A stretch of DNA of 64,000 nucleotides, taken from contig CAZUFC010000001.1 in NCBI GenBank assembly GCA_964619725.1, positions 1-64,000 on the forward strand, written 5' to 3'. Origin of the DNA: an uncultured bacterium (GTDB lineage: Bacteria > CSSED10-310 > CAZUFC01). Positions 31,217 to 41,673 of this stretch are shown piece after piece; positions within the stretch are counted from its first letter, which is position 1, and every line of letters begins with the position of its first letter. The position numbers and the translations under genes are program-made. The notes under the pieces are model-generated. The model did not search any database. It saw only the letters and a list, made by a program, of their open reading frames with translations, and was not told where the DNA came from.

Positions 31217-32632
31217 TTATCCTTTTCTGTTTTGAGAAGCATCTGCTTGTTTCCGGAAAAATTGCATCAGATCATCCAGCGGTTCGATATTAACATATTT
31301 TTTCGCCTTGAGGGGATATCCGTAAAGACTCAATTTTGTACCTTCCGGGACGGTTTCCAGTTTTGTCCAGACTCTGTAGGGATGAACGAAGAAACTCAGG
31401 ATGAGTCCTAAAACCAGTACGCCTGAGCCGAACCAGATGAATCCGCTTCCCGGATCACGGCTGATTTGAATGCCGGTAGCATAAAACGGCGCCAGGTCCT
31501 TGAATATGACTCGATAATCCATGCCTTCCTTCATCCCGTGAAAGTTGGGATGCATCATGAAAACCCATTGATTTACAGGTTCTTTATCTTTCTCGCTTAT
31601 ACTCAGAAACAAAGCGGGATTTTTAAGCTGATCCGATTTGGAATAGGCTTCGCCGGAAGCATCGATGCTGAAATTAGGTTCAAATCTCTGGGCTTCGATC
31701 ATAATAGGATTTCCTTCGGGCGGTTGAATTTCAAATTTCTGATTGAGTCCCATCATGAATTCTTTTTTTGCTCCGTTTTTGAACTCTATTTCCATAACCG
31801 CCTTATCGACTCCCGTCTGCTGATAGCTGGACTGAAACAGGCGGAATCCCCCATAGGAAAGCGGATGATTCACCAGGAGAGTATGAGTGAGGGTTTCATC
31901 CTGCTCATCCTTGATGGTAATTTCCGATCTGTATTGATCCACGCCGCCGTCGGGATAATAATCGATCTGAAAATCCTCGCAAAGAATCTCAAAACCCAGG
32001 GGAACGGATTCTCCGTTCATGGTCGTAAAGGATTCAGCTGATTCTCCAGGATTGAGCCATATCATGCCTTCTATTCCGAGCAGACTGCTCACCAGTCCTC
32101 CGATAAGGATAATAAGCAAACCGAGATGAGCGAAATAGAAGCCTGATCTGCCTGAAGCGCCTTTTTTACCTGACCACAGGCCGCTTCTGATTTTTTTCGG
32201 TTTGAAGCCGAACCGTTTAAGAGCCGGAAAAACCGAATCCTCCATTTTTTCGAATTCGGCGTCGATTGTTATTTCTCTATACCTGGATTCTTTTATTTTC
32301 TGCGGAAATTCATTTTTCTGTTTTTCTCTGCGCATTCGCTCCAGTTCACCCGGCAATCGATTGTAAGTGCAAACGATCAGATTGACGAATAAAAATGCCA
32401 AGGCCCCTATGTACAAAGGCGAATGATAAATATCGAAAAAACCCAGCCGGGAAAAAATTCGAATAATCGCAGGCGAATATACATCGTGAATATGCCTGGC
32501 TTCATCAGTCCCTTTCTGAATGATCAACGTTCCCAGGATGGAAAGAAGGGTCAGCACGATCAGCAGAAAGATCGTCAGCCTGGTGGAACCTAAAGATATC
32601 ATGAATTGTTTTTTCGGTTTGTTCGATTTCAT
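31217..32632 (-). CDS. resB: System II cytochrome c biogenesis protein ResB/Ccs1
   Basis: SILGTLI.Q, LG..DIYHS, NLIVCT, HLGLLIILIG, VNHPL.Y.G..LFQSSY and TGIQISRDPG motifs. Confidence 0.92.
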   Translation of the reverse strand: MKSNKPKKQFMISLGSTRLTIFLLIVLTLLSILGTLIIQKGTDEARHIHDVYSPAIIRIFSRLGFFDIYHSPLYIGALAFLFVNLIVCTYNRLPGELERMRREKQKNEFPQKIKESRYREITIDAEFEKMEDSVFPALKRFGFKPKKIRSGLWSGKKGASGRSGFYFAHLGLLIILIGGLVSSLLGIEGMIWLNPGESAESFTTMNGESVPLGFEILCEDFQIDYYPDGGVDQYRSEITIKDEQDETLTHTLLVNHPLSYGGFRLFQSSYQQTGVDKAVMEIEFKNGAKKEFMMGLNQKFEIQPPEGNPIMIEAQRFEPNFSIDASGEAYSKSDQLKNPALFLSISEKDKEPVNQWVFMMHPNFHGMKEGMDYRVIFKDLAPFYATGIQISRDPGSGFIWFGSGVLVLGLILSFFVHPYRVWTKLETVPEGTKLSLYGYPLKAKKYVNIEPLDDLMQFFRKQADASQNRKG

Positions 32633-32657
32633 TAAAGAGTTCTCCGCCGCCTTTCAT

Positions 32658-33782
32658 CTAAATAGAATGACATTTGCTGCACAGTTTCTGATAATCCCCG
32701 GCCTTCAATAATCCCTTTGCATTGCTGAAATGAGGGGCATGACACGATACGCAACTCATTTCACTCTCCTTGTCCAGCGGGTCCTGAACTTTTTCTACCG
32801 GATGATTGAATATGGGATGTTTGAGGTGCGCGTATATTTTTTTATCGTGACAGTTCCAACAGAGTTCATTAGGAGTCGTTTTGAGGAAAAAACGGTCGTC
32901 AGCGGAATGGGGATCGTGACAGACAGTGCATCCTTGAACCTGTATCACGGCATGAATAGTTACTGACGTTTCGGTTTCCTTTTTCATATCCTCATGACAA
33001 TTAAAACACAGCGAGGGCTCATCCGCATGAAGCTGATATTTATATCCCGAACCATGCGGATCATGACATACGCCGCAATATCCCGCTCCCAGAGGACCAT
33101 GAACAAAAGCCTTCTTCTTTGTTTTCAGCGCGGTTTCATGGCATTTGCCGCACAATTCAGACTCCTTTTGAATGACTGCAAACCTGCCCTTTCCTTCTTC
33201 GCTCTTTTCCTGATGACAGGTGAAACAACGATAAGCGCCCAATGGTCCGTGAAGATATTCGGCTTGCGTTTTCCGGGCATGACATTCATTGCAAATGGAA
33301 TCCTGCCTGGATACCGGCTTTCTCGTCGATTCATTCACCGTCAGTTCATGACATTGCCTGCAGGTCCCGTCATGCCCGGCTTCATGAAATTCGTCGGTCT
33401 TTTCCCCATTTAACTCGCCGCTGCTGAAATAAGGCATTCTCTTTATCGTAATGCTTTTCTCGGCTGACCCTGAACCTACAGTGAGGGCATTACTTCCGGG
33501 GACGAGGTCGATTCTCCCATGAGAAAAATCAGAATAACGGTCGCTGCCCGCGAAAGGTTCGATCTTCTTTCCGTTTAATTTTACTTCAAGTGACGTCGAA
33601 GTGGATTCCACTATGAGAGTTATGGATGAAGCGCCCGTCACGTAGCCGTCTAAAGGAACTTTTACGTCGAATTCTTCGGACAATTCTGCGCAAAAAGCGA
33701 CTGATGCAAACAGAATGATCATGCCTGTCACTATTCTGCAACCATAATCGCCCATGCCCATATAATTTGTCCTGCGATTCAA
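32658..33782 (-). CDS. Decaheme cytochrome c (paired CxxCH, HGP..CxxCHDPH type)
   Basis: Ten CxxCH motifs, a signal peptide and an N-terminal beta-rich segment. Confidence 0.9.
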   Translation of the reverse strand: MNRRTNYMGMGDYGCRIVTGMIILFASVAFCAELSEEFDVKVPLDGYVTGASSITLIVESTSTSLEVKLNGKKIEPFAGSDRYSDFSHGRIDLVPGSNALTVGSGSAEKSITIKRMPYFSSGELNGEKTDEFHEAGHDGTCRQCHELTVNESTRKPVSRQDSICNECHARKTQAEYLHGPLGAYRCFTCHQEKSEEGKGRFAVIQKESELCGKCHETALKTKKKAFVHGPLGAGYCGVCHDPHGSGYKYQLHADEPSLCFNCHEDMKKETETSVTIHAVIQVQGCTVCHDPHSADDRFFLKTTPNELCWNCHDKKIYAHLKHPIFNHPVEKVQDPLDKESEMSCVSCHAPHFSNAKGLLKAGDYQKLCSKCHSI

Positions 33783-33813
33783 ACTATCTCGACCTCAACG
33801 GTCAGTATTGCCC

Positions 33814-35496
33814 TCAGCGATAACTCACCGGATTCTTCCTGTCATAATCGAAGGGCTTGTGACAACCTACAATGCACCCGCCGCCCGTTTCCGTTTTCGT
33901 ATACTTAATTGGATAACTCCACATCTTACCGTACGGAACTTCTTCCCGTATATGCTTCCTCTGCGATCCCGCATGTATCTCATGACAGGCTTTGCAGCTT
34001 CGGCCCTTTCTCTCCTTGTTCACATGCACGTAATGAAGATTGCGGTCCCCGTTCCTGAAACCGGTCATATCATCGGTCCGCGCCTTTTTAGCTATGTCCG
34101 AACTGTGACAATCAAAACAGAGCGCATAATTTTCCTCATCATAGGAAACATAAAATTCATCAGGAAAATATTTCGTCAACAAATTCGGTTGCGTTGCCCC
34201 ATGCGTAAGGTGACACGAACCGCAATCTCCCCCTTCTACAGGACCATGCTGATATTCACTCGCCTTTACTTGAGCGCCCATTTCCTTGTGACAGATAAAA
34301 CATATTTCTTCCGATGATGCTTTTAAAAGGCTTGAGTGGGCCGAAGCATGAGCATCGTGACATTCTCCGCACCGGCCTTCCTGAACCGGTTCATGCCCCA
34401 CCGTCACCTGCTCCAGTTTCGCTGCAAAATCAGGCGTCATATCCTTGTGACACTCCATGCAGAATTTATCCTCCGCCGCAAAAAGCATGTTGGGGTGATT
34501 CGATGAATGAGCGTTATGACATTCCGTGCAGCCCTGAAACACAATCATATGCAGTGATTTGTCCTCGAATTCCTCCTTCTTGTCGGAGTGACAGGAATAA
34601 CAAGCTTCATTACCGTCCGCGCTCAACAGGGCTGCATGATCGGTCGAATGAGGATCATGACACATGGAACATTCCAGCATCTGAACAGGCGTATGAACCA
34701 CTTCGCCTCCCGTTATCGCTTCCTTTCCATGACACTCAAAACATAATTCGCTCTCGCTGTCATGCAGCAATTGATACCTGACCTCGGATTCATGCGGCGA
34801 ATGACAACCCGTGCATTCGCCCGCATCCAGCGGATAATGAATGTTGCTCTTCTTCCAGAAAGACTCAGCATCCACATGACATACAAGACATAATGATTTG
34901 TCCTCACGAGACAACTCATTCTCATCAAATGAACCATGAGGATTATGACAGTGTATGCACACTCCGGCCCCTACCGGCCCATGCACATACTGTTTTCGGC
35001 CCATATCAGAATGACAGTTCCCCGTCCCGCACGTCGAAACCGGCTTGATCATTCGATAACTCTCTTTCCCGGTCCCTGTTTCATGACATTCGGAACAACG
35101 TTCCATAACAGAAATGCCATCATGACGGTAGAATCTCCGGTAACCTGCCTTCGACGTCTCTCCACGGCGTAAAACATATGCCTCAACCTCCACCGATTCC
35201 AATTCCGAATCCAAGGCTTTCACCTCTATCACGCATTCACCACGCTTCAACTCCACCAGCTTCGAAAACGTCCCGTTCTCTACCCTGACCGTCCGGTCAC
35301 CCGGAGCCTTCCCGTTCGAAACAGAAAATTTTACCTCTTTCACCCCGGAAGGAACCGTCCCGACAACCTCAAAGACGCCCTCTTCCAACGCACTCTTTTC
35401 AGGAGGATAAATTATCCGGAATTCCTCCTCAGCCTCCGCCGAAAAAAACGGCATAATTAAAAAACACAGCATTACGATTAAAATTATCCTCAACAT
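33814..35496 (-). CDS. About 16-heme cytochrome c (paired CxxCH type)
   Basis: 14 CxxCH motifs plus CGTGNCH (Cx4CH) and CIVGCH (Cx3CH), a signal peptide and an N-terminal Ig-like segment. Confidence 0.9.
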   Translation of the reverse strand: MLRIILIVMLCFLIMPFFSAEAEEEFRIIYPPEKSALEEGVFEVVGTVPSGVKEVKFSVSNGKAPGDRTVRVENGTFSKLVELKRGECVIEVKALDSELESVEVEAYVLRRGETSKAGYRRFYRHDGISVMERCSECHETGTGKESYRMIKPVSTCGTGNCHSDMGRKQYVHGPVGAGVCIHCHNPHGSFDENELSREDKSLCLVCHVDAESFWKKSNIHYPLDAGECTGCHSPHESEVRYQLLHDSESELCFECHGKEAITGGEVVHTPVQMLECSMCHDPHSTDHAALLSADGNEACYSCHSDKKEEFEDKSLHMIVFQGCTECHNAHSSNHPNMLFAAEDKFCMECHKDMTPDFAAKLEQVTVGHEPVQEGRCGECHDAHASAHSSLLKASSEEICFICHKEMGAQVKASEYQHGPVEGGDCGSCHLTHGATQPNLLTKYFPDEFYVSYDEENYALCFDCHSSDIAKKARTDDMTGFRNGDRNLHYVHVNKERKGRSCKACHEIHAGSQRKHIREEVPYGKMWSYPIKYTKTETGGGCIVGCHKPFDYDRKNPVSYR

Positions 35497-35559
35497 TTGC
35501 TCACTCCTATTTCCCGCTTCCTTTTATCAGACCCCGGCGGTTTTGACAACCGGTTTTAT

Positions 35560-36895
35560 GGAATTCAACCACGAATCATAATAATACCGGAATTCAACCG
35601 AGAATCACCCGAATCGCACGAATAAGAAGGGCAGATTTAACCCGTATCGCTTGTCGTCTGGGTTCGGGTCACATCGGATACTGCGAAAAATGTTCATTGA
35701 TGACTATATTCTTCTGATTCGATTGGTTCGGGAGATTCGCGGTTCCCAAAAAATACAACCACTGCAAATAAAACTACCCTATGCAAGGCTTTTACGGCGT
35801 TTCATCTGTACATTTGACGGAATTCAACCACGAATCTCACGAATCGCACGAATAAGAGGGAAAGACTTAACCCTTATCGCATGTCGTTGGAGTCCGGGTC
35901 ACATCGGATACTGCGAGAAATGTTCATTGATGACTATATTCTTCTGATTCGATTGATTCTGGAGATTCGCGGTTCCCAAAAAATACAACCACTGCAAATA
36001 AAACTACCCTATGCAAGGCTTTTACGGCGTTTCATCTGTACATTTGACGGAATTCAACCACGAATCTCACGAATCGCACGAATAAGAGGGAAAGACTTAA
36101 CCCGTCTCGCATGTCGTTGGAGTCCGGGTCACATCGGATACTGCTGAAAACGTTCACTAATGATTCTACTCTCCTGATTCGATGGATTCGCGAGATTCGT
36201 GGTTCCCAAAAAATACAACCACTGAAAATAAAACAACCCTATGCACAGATTTGATGACGGCGTTTCTTCTGCATATTTGACGGAATTCAACCACGAATCT
36301 CACGAATCGCACGAATAAGAGGGAAAGACTTAACCCGTCTCGCATGTCGTTGGAGTCCGGGTCACATCGGATACTGCGGAAAACGTTCATTAATGATTCT
36401 ACTCTCCTGATTCGATGGATTCGGGAGATTCGCGGTTCCCAAAAAATACAACCACTGAAAATAAAACAACCCTATGCACAGCCTTGATGACGGCGTTTCA
36501 TCTGTACATTTGACGGAATTCAACCACGAATCATCCGAATCGCGCGAATAAGAGGGGCAGGCTTAACCCGTATCGCATGTCGTCCGGGTCCGGGGCGCTT
36601 AGGATACTGAGAAAAACGTTCACTAATGATTCTACTCTCCTGATTCGATTGGTTCGGGAAATTCGCGGTTCCCAAAAAATACAACCATTGCAAATAAAAC
36701 AACCCTATGCACAGCTTTGATGACGGCGTTTCTTCTGCATGTTTGACGGAATTCAACCACGAATCACACGAATCGCACGAATAAGAGGGGCAGGTTTAAC
36801 CTGTATCGCATGTCGTTGGAGTCCGTGGCGCTTCGGATACTGAGAAAAACGTTCATTGATGATTCTACTTTCGTGATTCGATTGATTTCGTGGTC
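35560..36895. repeat. Non-coding tandem array, about 5.6 units of 230-233 bp, each with an inverted REP-like pair
   Basis: GGAATTCAACC at 35589, 35819, 36049, 36282, 36515 and 36748. Each unit has AACCACGAATC..CGAATC paired with GATTCG..GATTCG(C/T)GGTT. Confidence 0.92.
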
Positions 36896-37194
36896 TCATA
36901 TTAGACCTGGGTCGGCACTTTGAGCTCCTCTCCAGGATCAATCATTAAGCTGCCAGATGCATCAAAAATGTGTATCGATACATCGTTCCATTATGAGACA
37001 GTTTTATCTTTAAGCCTGCGTGTTAACCGGGGGCTATAAAAAAGGAGTATTCAGGGGAATGAATTATAGGCCGCACTGAGCGATGCTGCAGTTTTCTGCG
37101 GCATTAAGGAAAAGCGTATGGGTCTTATCATGAACTTTCAGCGTTTATCTTGCATGCCGCCGTGTCGGCAGAAGGAATCAGCGGTTAGCATTCG

Positions 37195-37857
37195 CTATTT
37201 ATCGTGGCAGGTCATGCAGAAGGCGCTGGCTTCATTGGATACTCTGAGAGAAAGAGTTTCCGTATTGGGCCCGAAATGGCATCCGGTGCATCCGGCGTCG
37301 TTTCTGGAGACATGGACGTCGTGGCAAGAGCTGCATTCGAGTCTGTCGTTGAACAGGAGGTCATCTGAGATGGTTCCGCCGAGACCCGAAGAGGCTGTTG
37401 CGGGATCGAAGAGTTCTCCGTCCTGGAGCGACAGACCGGTGTCATAGGTAATGGAGATGGGGTGATGTTTTTCGAAGTCGGTTCCCAGGAATCCGAAGTC
37501 GTTGCTGTTCAGAAAGTGTGTTCCGGTATTTCCTCCGAAGCTGTCGAGGGCGACGGAGCCGTCGTGGCATGAGAGGCAGAGTTTGGAGTGGCTTCCGGGT
37601 TGATTAGGTGTTGCATCGAGTGTCGGGCTGGTGTAGGGTTGGAAGACAGAAGAGGTAACTTCATGGTTCCACAGAGGAGCGTCGGCAACAGAGGTATCGG
37701 CATTATGAGGGATATGGCAGGGTTTACAGATTTCATCGTCGCCCCACCCTGCCCAACTGAAATCGTGATGAGAATCTTCAATGCCGCCGGAAGCGACCGA
37801 ACAGATAATGAAAAGGGTGATATGAATGCAAAGAAAGTGTCTCACAAAAGGTCTCAT
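37195..37857 (-). CDS. OmcE-like cytochrome c with five hemes
   Basis: Signal peptide and the motifs HDFS..ICKPCHIPHNA..PLWNH..SKLCLSCHDG..HPIS..CSSCHDVH..CTGCH..CMTCHDK. Confidence 0.85.
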   Translation of the reverse strand: MRPFVRHFLCIHITLFIICSVASGGIEDSHHDFSWAGWGDDEICKPCHIPHNADTSVADAPLWNHEVTSSVFQPYTSPTLDATPNQPGSHSKLCLSCHDGSVALDSFGGNTGTHFLNSNDFGFLGTDFEKHHPISITYDTGLSLQDGELFDPATASSGLGGTISDDLLFNDRLECSSCHDVHVSRNDAGCTGCHFGPNTETLSLRVSNEASAFCMTCHDK

Positions 37858-37933
37858 TTATTCCTCCTTGGTACGACCTGCGGAAACTGCAAAAATAATC
37901 GGTTTCGATTGAATCACGGACTGTTGCGACTAA

Positions 37934-37949
37934 TGGTAAGAAAATTGCA
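37934..37949 (+). promoter_or_regulatory. sigma54 -24/-12 promoter of the NHL-barrel-cytochrome operon
   Basis: TGGTAAGAAAATTGCA (GG-N10-GC), 40 bp before the ATG at 37989. Confidence 0.65.
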
Positions 37950-37988
37950 CCGTGTTCCTTTTTCCTTAAGAAAGGAGTCAATCTTAAC

Positions 37989-39059
37989 ATGTTAAGCAAA
38001 TTTCGTTCCATTTTACTGCCCCTGATATTCATTTTGATGTCGGGTTGCGCCAAAAGGCCGCCGGCGGCGCCTACGGTATTTTATCCTTCGTTGCCTGCCG
38101 AACCGCGGCTGCAGTTTTTGAAGAGTTACAGCAAGGCGGAGGACGTGCTGAAGGCGCCCGGGGCAGTGAGTTCGTTCATATTGGGTGATAAGGAGGAGAA
38201 AATAGAATTCGTAAAGCCTTATGGAGTAGCCGCCCGTAACGGACGCATATATGTATGCGACACAAAGCGGATGTGCGTGCATGTATTGAATCCTGGAGCG
38301 CATCAATACGAGGTAATGGGCAGGAATATTCTGAAGAAGCCGATAAATATAGCTTTCGATGAATCGGGGAGGTCTTATGTAGCGGACACGTCCCTGAAGC
38401 AGATATTGGTATTCGATGCGGAAGGACGGTATCTCAAGTCGCTGGGGGACCCTCTCATGATTCGCCCGACTGATGTAGCGGTAAGCGGTGACGAATTGTA
38501 TGTATGCGACATAAGGAATCACGTGATAAGGGTCTGGAACCGTGAGACGGGCGAGGAACTAAGGACTGTCGGCGAAGCTGGAAGCCAGGAAGGCGAATTA
38601 TTTCATCCCACCAACATTGTTGTGGATAAAGAGGGATATTTGTACGTTTCCGACACGGGCAACTTTCGCGTACAGAAGTTTGATGATCAGGGCAACCACT
38701 TTTTCACATACGGGGGCATAGGTTTTTCACTGGGTAAATTCGCCCGTCCGAAAGGGATAGCTCTGGACGACCAGGGACGTTTGTACGTGGTTGATTCGGG
38801 ATTTGAAAATATACAGATTTTCGACCAGGAGGGGAGGTTGCTGCTGTTTTTCGGGGAACCGGGGAATCAGCCCGGACAGATCAATCTTCCTGCCAAAGTG
38901 ACTGTATCACGCGAACTCACGGATTATTATCAACAATTTGCAGAAGCGGGGTTTGAACTGGAGTATCTGGTATTCGTAACCAGTCAGTACGGACTGAACA
39001 AAGTAAACATTTACGGCTTCGGACGATATGTTCCCGCTAGCGAACAGGAAATGGAATAA
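37989..39059 (+). CDS. NHL-repeat six-bladed beta-propeller lipoprotein
   Basis: Lipobox LMSGC and NHL repeats (LFHPTNI, LYVSDTGNFRVQKFD, FARPKGIA). Confidence 0.9.
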   Translation: MLSKFRSILLPLIFILMSGCAKRPPAAPTVFYPSLPAEPRLQFLKSYSKAEDVLKAPGAVSSFILGDKEEKIEFVKPYGVAARNGRIYVCDTKRMCVHVLNPGAHQYEVMGRNILKKPINIAFDESGRSYVADTSLKQILVFDAEGRYLKSLGDPLMIRPTDVAVSGDELYVCDIRNHVIRVWNRETGEELRTVGEAGSQEGELFHPTNIVVDKEGYLYVSDTGNFRVQKFDDQGNHFFTYGGIGFSLGKFARPKGIALDDQGRLYVVDSGFENIQIFDQEGRLLLFFGEPGNQPGQINLPAKVTVSRELTDYYQQFAEAGFELEYLVFVTSQYGLNKVNIYGFGRYVPASEQEME

Positions 39060-39079
39060 AGTTTTCGAGCACCCGAAAG

Positions 39080-41062
39080 ATGACCTGGAAGCATAGCGGC
39101 GCACTGAATATATTATTGAGATACTCATTGATCGTTTTACTTCTATGGGTTTCGTCCGATCCCGCTGCGGGACAGGAAACTCAATGGTTGTCCATCCGCA
39201 GCATAAGCGGTTGGGCGGGATTCGAGTTCATGCAGGAGTATGAAAAAAACGAAACTGAGCCGGGCGTTTATTATGAGGAGAGGACAGGCTCTTATCTGTA
39301 TGAGACTCTCAACCTGCGCCTACTTGGTTCAGTATACCATCCCCGTTTTTTGTCCTGGTCTTTGAACGGAGCGGCCGGTTTGACGCAGAGCTATTTTGAC
39401 TTTTACCGGGATTATGCGGAGGATGAGGAAACGGAGGAGACGGAATCCAACAATTTTATAGGTGATTATGAGTTTGAGGGGACGTTTTTTAAGGACCATG
39501 CATTCAGTTTCGGTTTTTTTTCTATTTATCATGATGCGGTGATCAACAGGCGGTTACGCGAAAGATTCGAAATAGAGGACCGGGCGCGAGGAATAATTTA
39601 CAGGCTGCTTTTACCGGTTTTTCGTTCAAGAGGCAAATACACGGTACGGAACAGCACGGGAAGGCGGTTCTCGGAGAACGTCGACGAGAGAAATGAGTTT
39701 TTTTCCGTTTACGGTGAAGGCGATATCGGAGCGAGGTGGGACTTACAGGGGAATTACGATCTTAACAAATACAGCGAGCGTAAATCGGAGCTGGAGCGCA
39801 CGACTCAATTCGCTCATTTTACGGTAAATACTCAATTGTCCGAAGACGCGTCGGACAGTTCAATTTTTTTCCTGCATTTTCACAAGCAGGAGGGATTCGT
39901 AAAGGCACGAACCATTACTGCAGACGAGAGGCTGTCGTATAAGATAAACGATATGTTTTCCATAAGACCAGCTATGAGCCTAACGGATGAGGAATACGAA
40001 AATTTTGAAGGCTTCCGTCAGTCTTATCAGGTGGAATGCGCTTTTCAACCCGTCCCTGAAGGGGGTTTCAGGGTAATTCCGGAGTATATAAGAGAAGATT
40101 TCACTTCTGCTGAAAGGGAAGAACGGGCCATTGAATTAGGCGGCTGGTATCGAAAAAGAGTGGGGAGGCATATCATTTCGGCATCGGAGAATTATCAGTT
40201 CCGCAGGACTTCGATCCGATCGGAAACCGGATATGCTGCAGTCATAAATGAAAGGCATGCATTTGATGAAGATGATCGGGTCGAGTTGCAGAAAAGTAAT
40301 ATACTGGCGGAAACCATAGTCGTTAAAAACGCTGCAGGCACATTTTTTTACGAAGAGGGGCGCGATTACGTCGTCAGGGTATTTGGAGGCGTAACAGCGC
40401 TGATCCGTTCAGCCGGCGGACTTATACCCCGTTTCGGTGAAATACTGACGGATTACCGTTATGAAGTACCGGGAATAATGGATTATGAAATGCATTATAA
40501 CGGAACCAGGGCTGAGCTGTCGCTGTTCGAGACCGCTTCAATGTATTACATGTTTTCAACGGCCCGTCCCGACATCATAAAAACGACGAACCAGGCGTTC
40601 CTGGAAAGATTCACCAGGCACACATTGGGTATTGAATTCATGCATTCGTCGGCATCCTTGAGGGCCGAATACCACGATAAAGATTCAAATATTCATCCTT
40701 TACACGGCTATATCTTTTCCGTCAAAGCTTCCTCGCCGGAATTCAGGGGAATAACGGCATCGGGCGAAGCGGGATACCAAAGTTTTCAATATCCCGCGGA
40801 CGACGACTTCAATGATTTAAAATACGCGCATCTGCGATCATCATGGGGCATATCCGACAGAATGCGCCTTTCCGGCGTCATCTATGGACGGGAAGACAAC
40901 AGCCGTTTCGCCGAAACGAAAGCCTGGGATATGGAAATTATCGCAGAATGGCGACTGCGTTCCTTGACATTGGAAGGTATTATTCTTTATCGTATAATAA
41001 GGGAGAACGAAGTTCGAAGTATCGAACGCATTTCCCAGGTGAGTATCCGGCGAAGTTTTTAG
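39080..41062 (+). CDS. Putative outer-membrane beta-barrel (porin of a porin-cytochrome conduit)
   Basis: Signal peptide, GSVYHP motif, aromatic-rich amphipathic strands, C-terminal Phe (RRSF), and its position among cytochromes. Confidence 0.7.
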   Translation: MTWKHSGALNILLRYSLIVLLLWVSSDPAAGQETQWLSIRSISGWAGFEFMQEYEKNETEPGVYYEERTGSYLYETLNLRLLGSVYHPRFLSWSLNGAAGLTQSYFDFYRDYAEDEETEETESNNFIGDYEFEGTFFKDHAFSFGFFSIYHDAVINRRLRERFEIEDRARGIIYRLLLPVFRSRGKYTVRNSTGRRFSENVDERNEFFSVYGEGDIGARWDLQGNYDLNKYSERKSELERTTQFAHFTVNTQLSEDASDSSIFFLHFHKQEGFVKARTITADERLSYKINDMFSIRPAMSLTDEEYENFEGFRQSYQVECAFQPVPEGGFRVIPEYIREDFTSAEREERAIELGGWYRKRVGRHIISASENYQFRRTSIRSETGYAAVINERHAFDEDDRVELQKSNILAETIVVKNAAGTFFYEEGRDYVVRVFGGVTALIRSAGGLIPRFGEILTDYRYEVPGIMDYEMHYNGTRAELSLFETASMYYMFSTARPDIIKTTNQAFLERFTRHTLGIEFMHSSASLRAEYHDKDSNIHPLHGYIFSVKASSPEFRGITASGEAGYQSFQYPADDDFNDLKYAHLRSSWGISDRMRLSGVIYGREDNSRFAETKAWDMEIIAEWRLRSLTLEGIILYRIIRENEVRSIERISQVSIRRSF

Positions 41063-41082
41063 CCGGAGGGGGAAACCCGGGT

Positions 41083-41673
41083 TTGGCTAAAAAGACGAAT
41101 ATCATTGAAAAGAGTTTCTTTCCGGTTTATGAAACGAAACTCGCCCTGATATTTATCTTCAGCCTTCTTCTGTTTGCTCTCATCATCTATTTCCTTCTCG
41201 ACGAACCCCTGAAAACCGTTTACTTTGAAAGCCTCAGCGCCATTCACTATGCGGGAGAAATCGTCAACGTCTGCATCGGAGCGACCCTGCTGGCACAATG
41301 CCTTATCCTCGGTATAATTTTATTTTTCATAGGATTGTATGCGTCACACCGTCTGGCCGGGCCAATGTACCGCATGCTGCTGGTCAGCAGGGAACTGAAA
41401 AACGGCAAGTTGCCCGCCAGAGTCAAATTTCGTAAAACAGACAGAATACATCAGGTAGCCGAAGCAGCTAATGAGATGACGGCGCGTGTCAGGCGACAGG
41501 CACATCAGGCGAAAGCTGCCGCGGATCATATAAAAAAAGCAGAAGAAGGGCTGGATAAAGCAGCCGGTATTTCAGACAAAGAGCTGCAAGAGAGTGAAAC
41601 GCACATTGCCGCTGCAATTGCGTGTTTGAATTCGGCGCTTACCGTAGAAGCGCCGCCGGGACATGATACATGA
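41083..41673 (+). CDS. Two-TM HAMP-domain membrane protein
   Basis: A TTG start after GGAGGGG is likely (the ORF track starts at 40843). SHRLAGPMYR...VKFRKTD HAMP-like motif. Confidence 0.65.
   Translation: MAKKTNIIEKSFFPVYETKLALIFIFSLLLFALIIYFLLDEPLKTVYFESLSAIHYAGEIVNVCIGATLLAQCLILGIILFFIGLYASHRLAGPMYRMLLVSRELKNGKLPARVKFRKTDRIHQVAEAANEMTARVRRQAHQAKAAADHIKKAEEGLDKAAGISDKELQESETHIAAAIACLNSALTVEAPPGHDT

Noticed and set aside
35560-36895. CRISPR array
   Set aside because: Whole 230-bp units are repeated, with no unique spacers and no cas genes.
35651-36941. Short ORFs within the tandem array
   Set aside because: They are by-products of the repeat, with frames and stops that vary between units and no RBS.
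40843-41082. N-terminal extension of the HAMP protein
   Set aside because: It overlaps the barrel gene by 220 bp. A TTG at 41083 with an RBS is more plausible.
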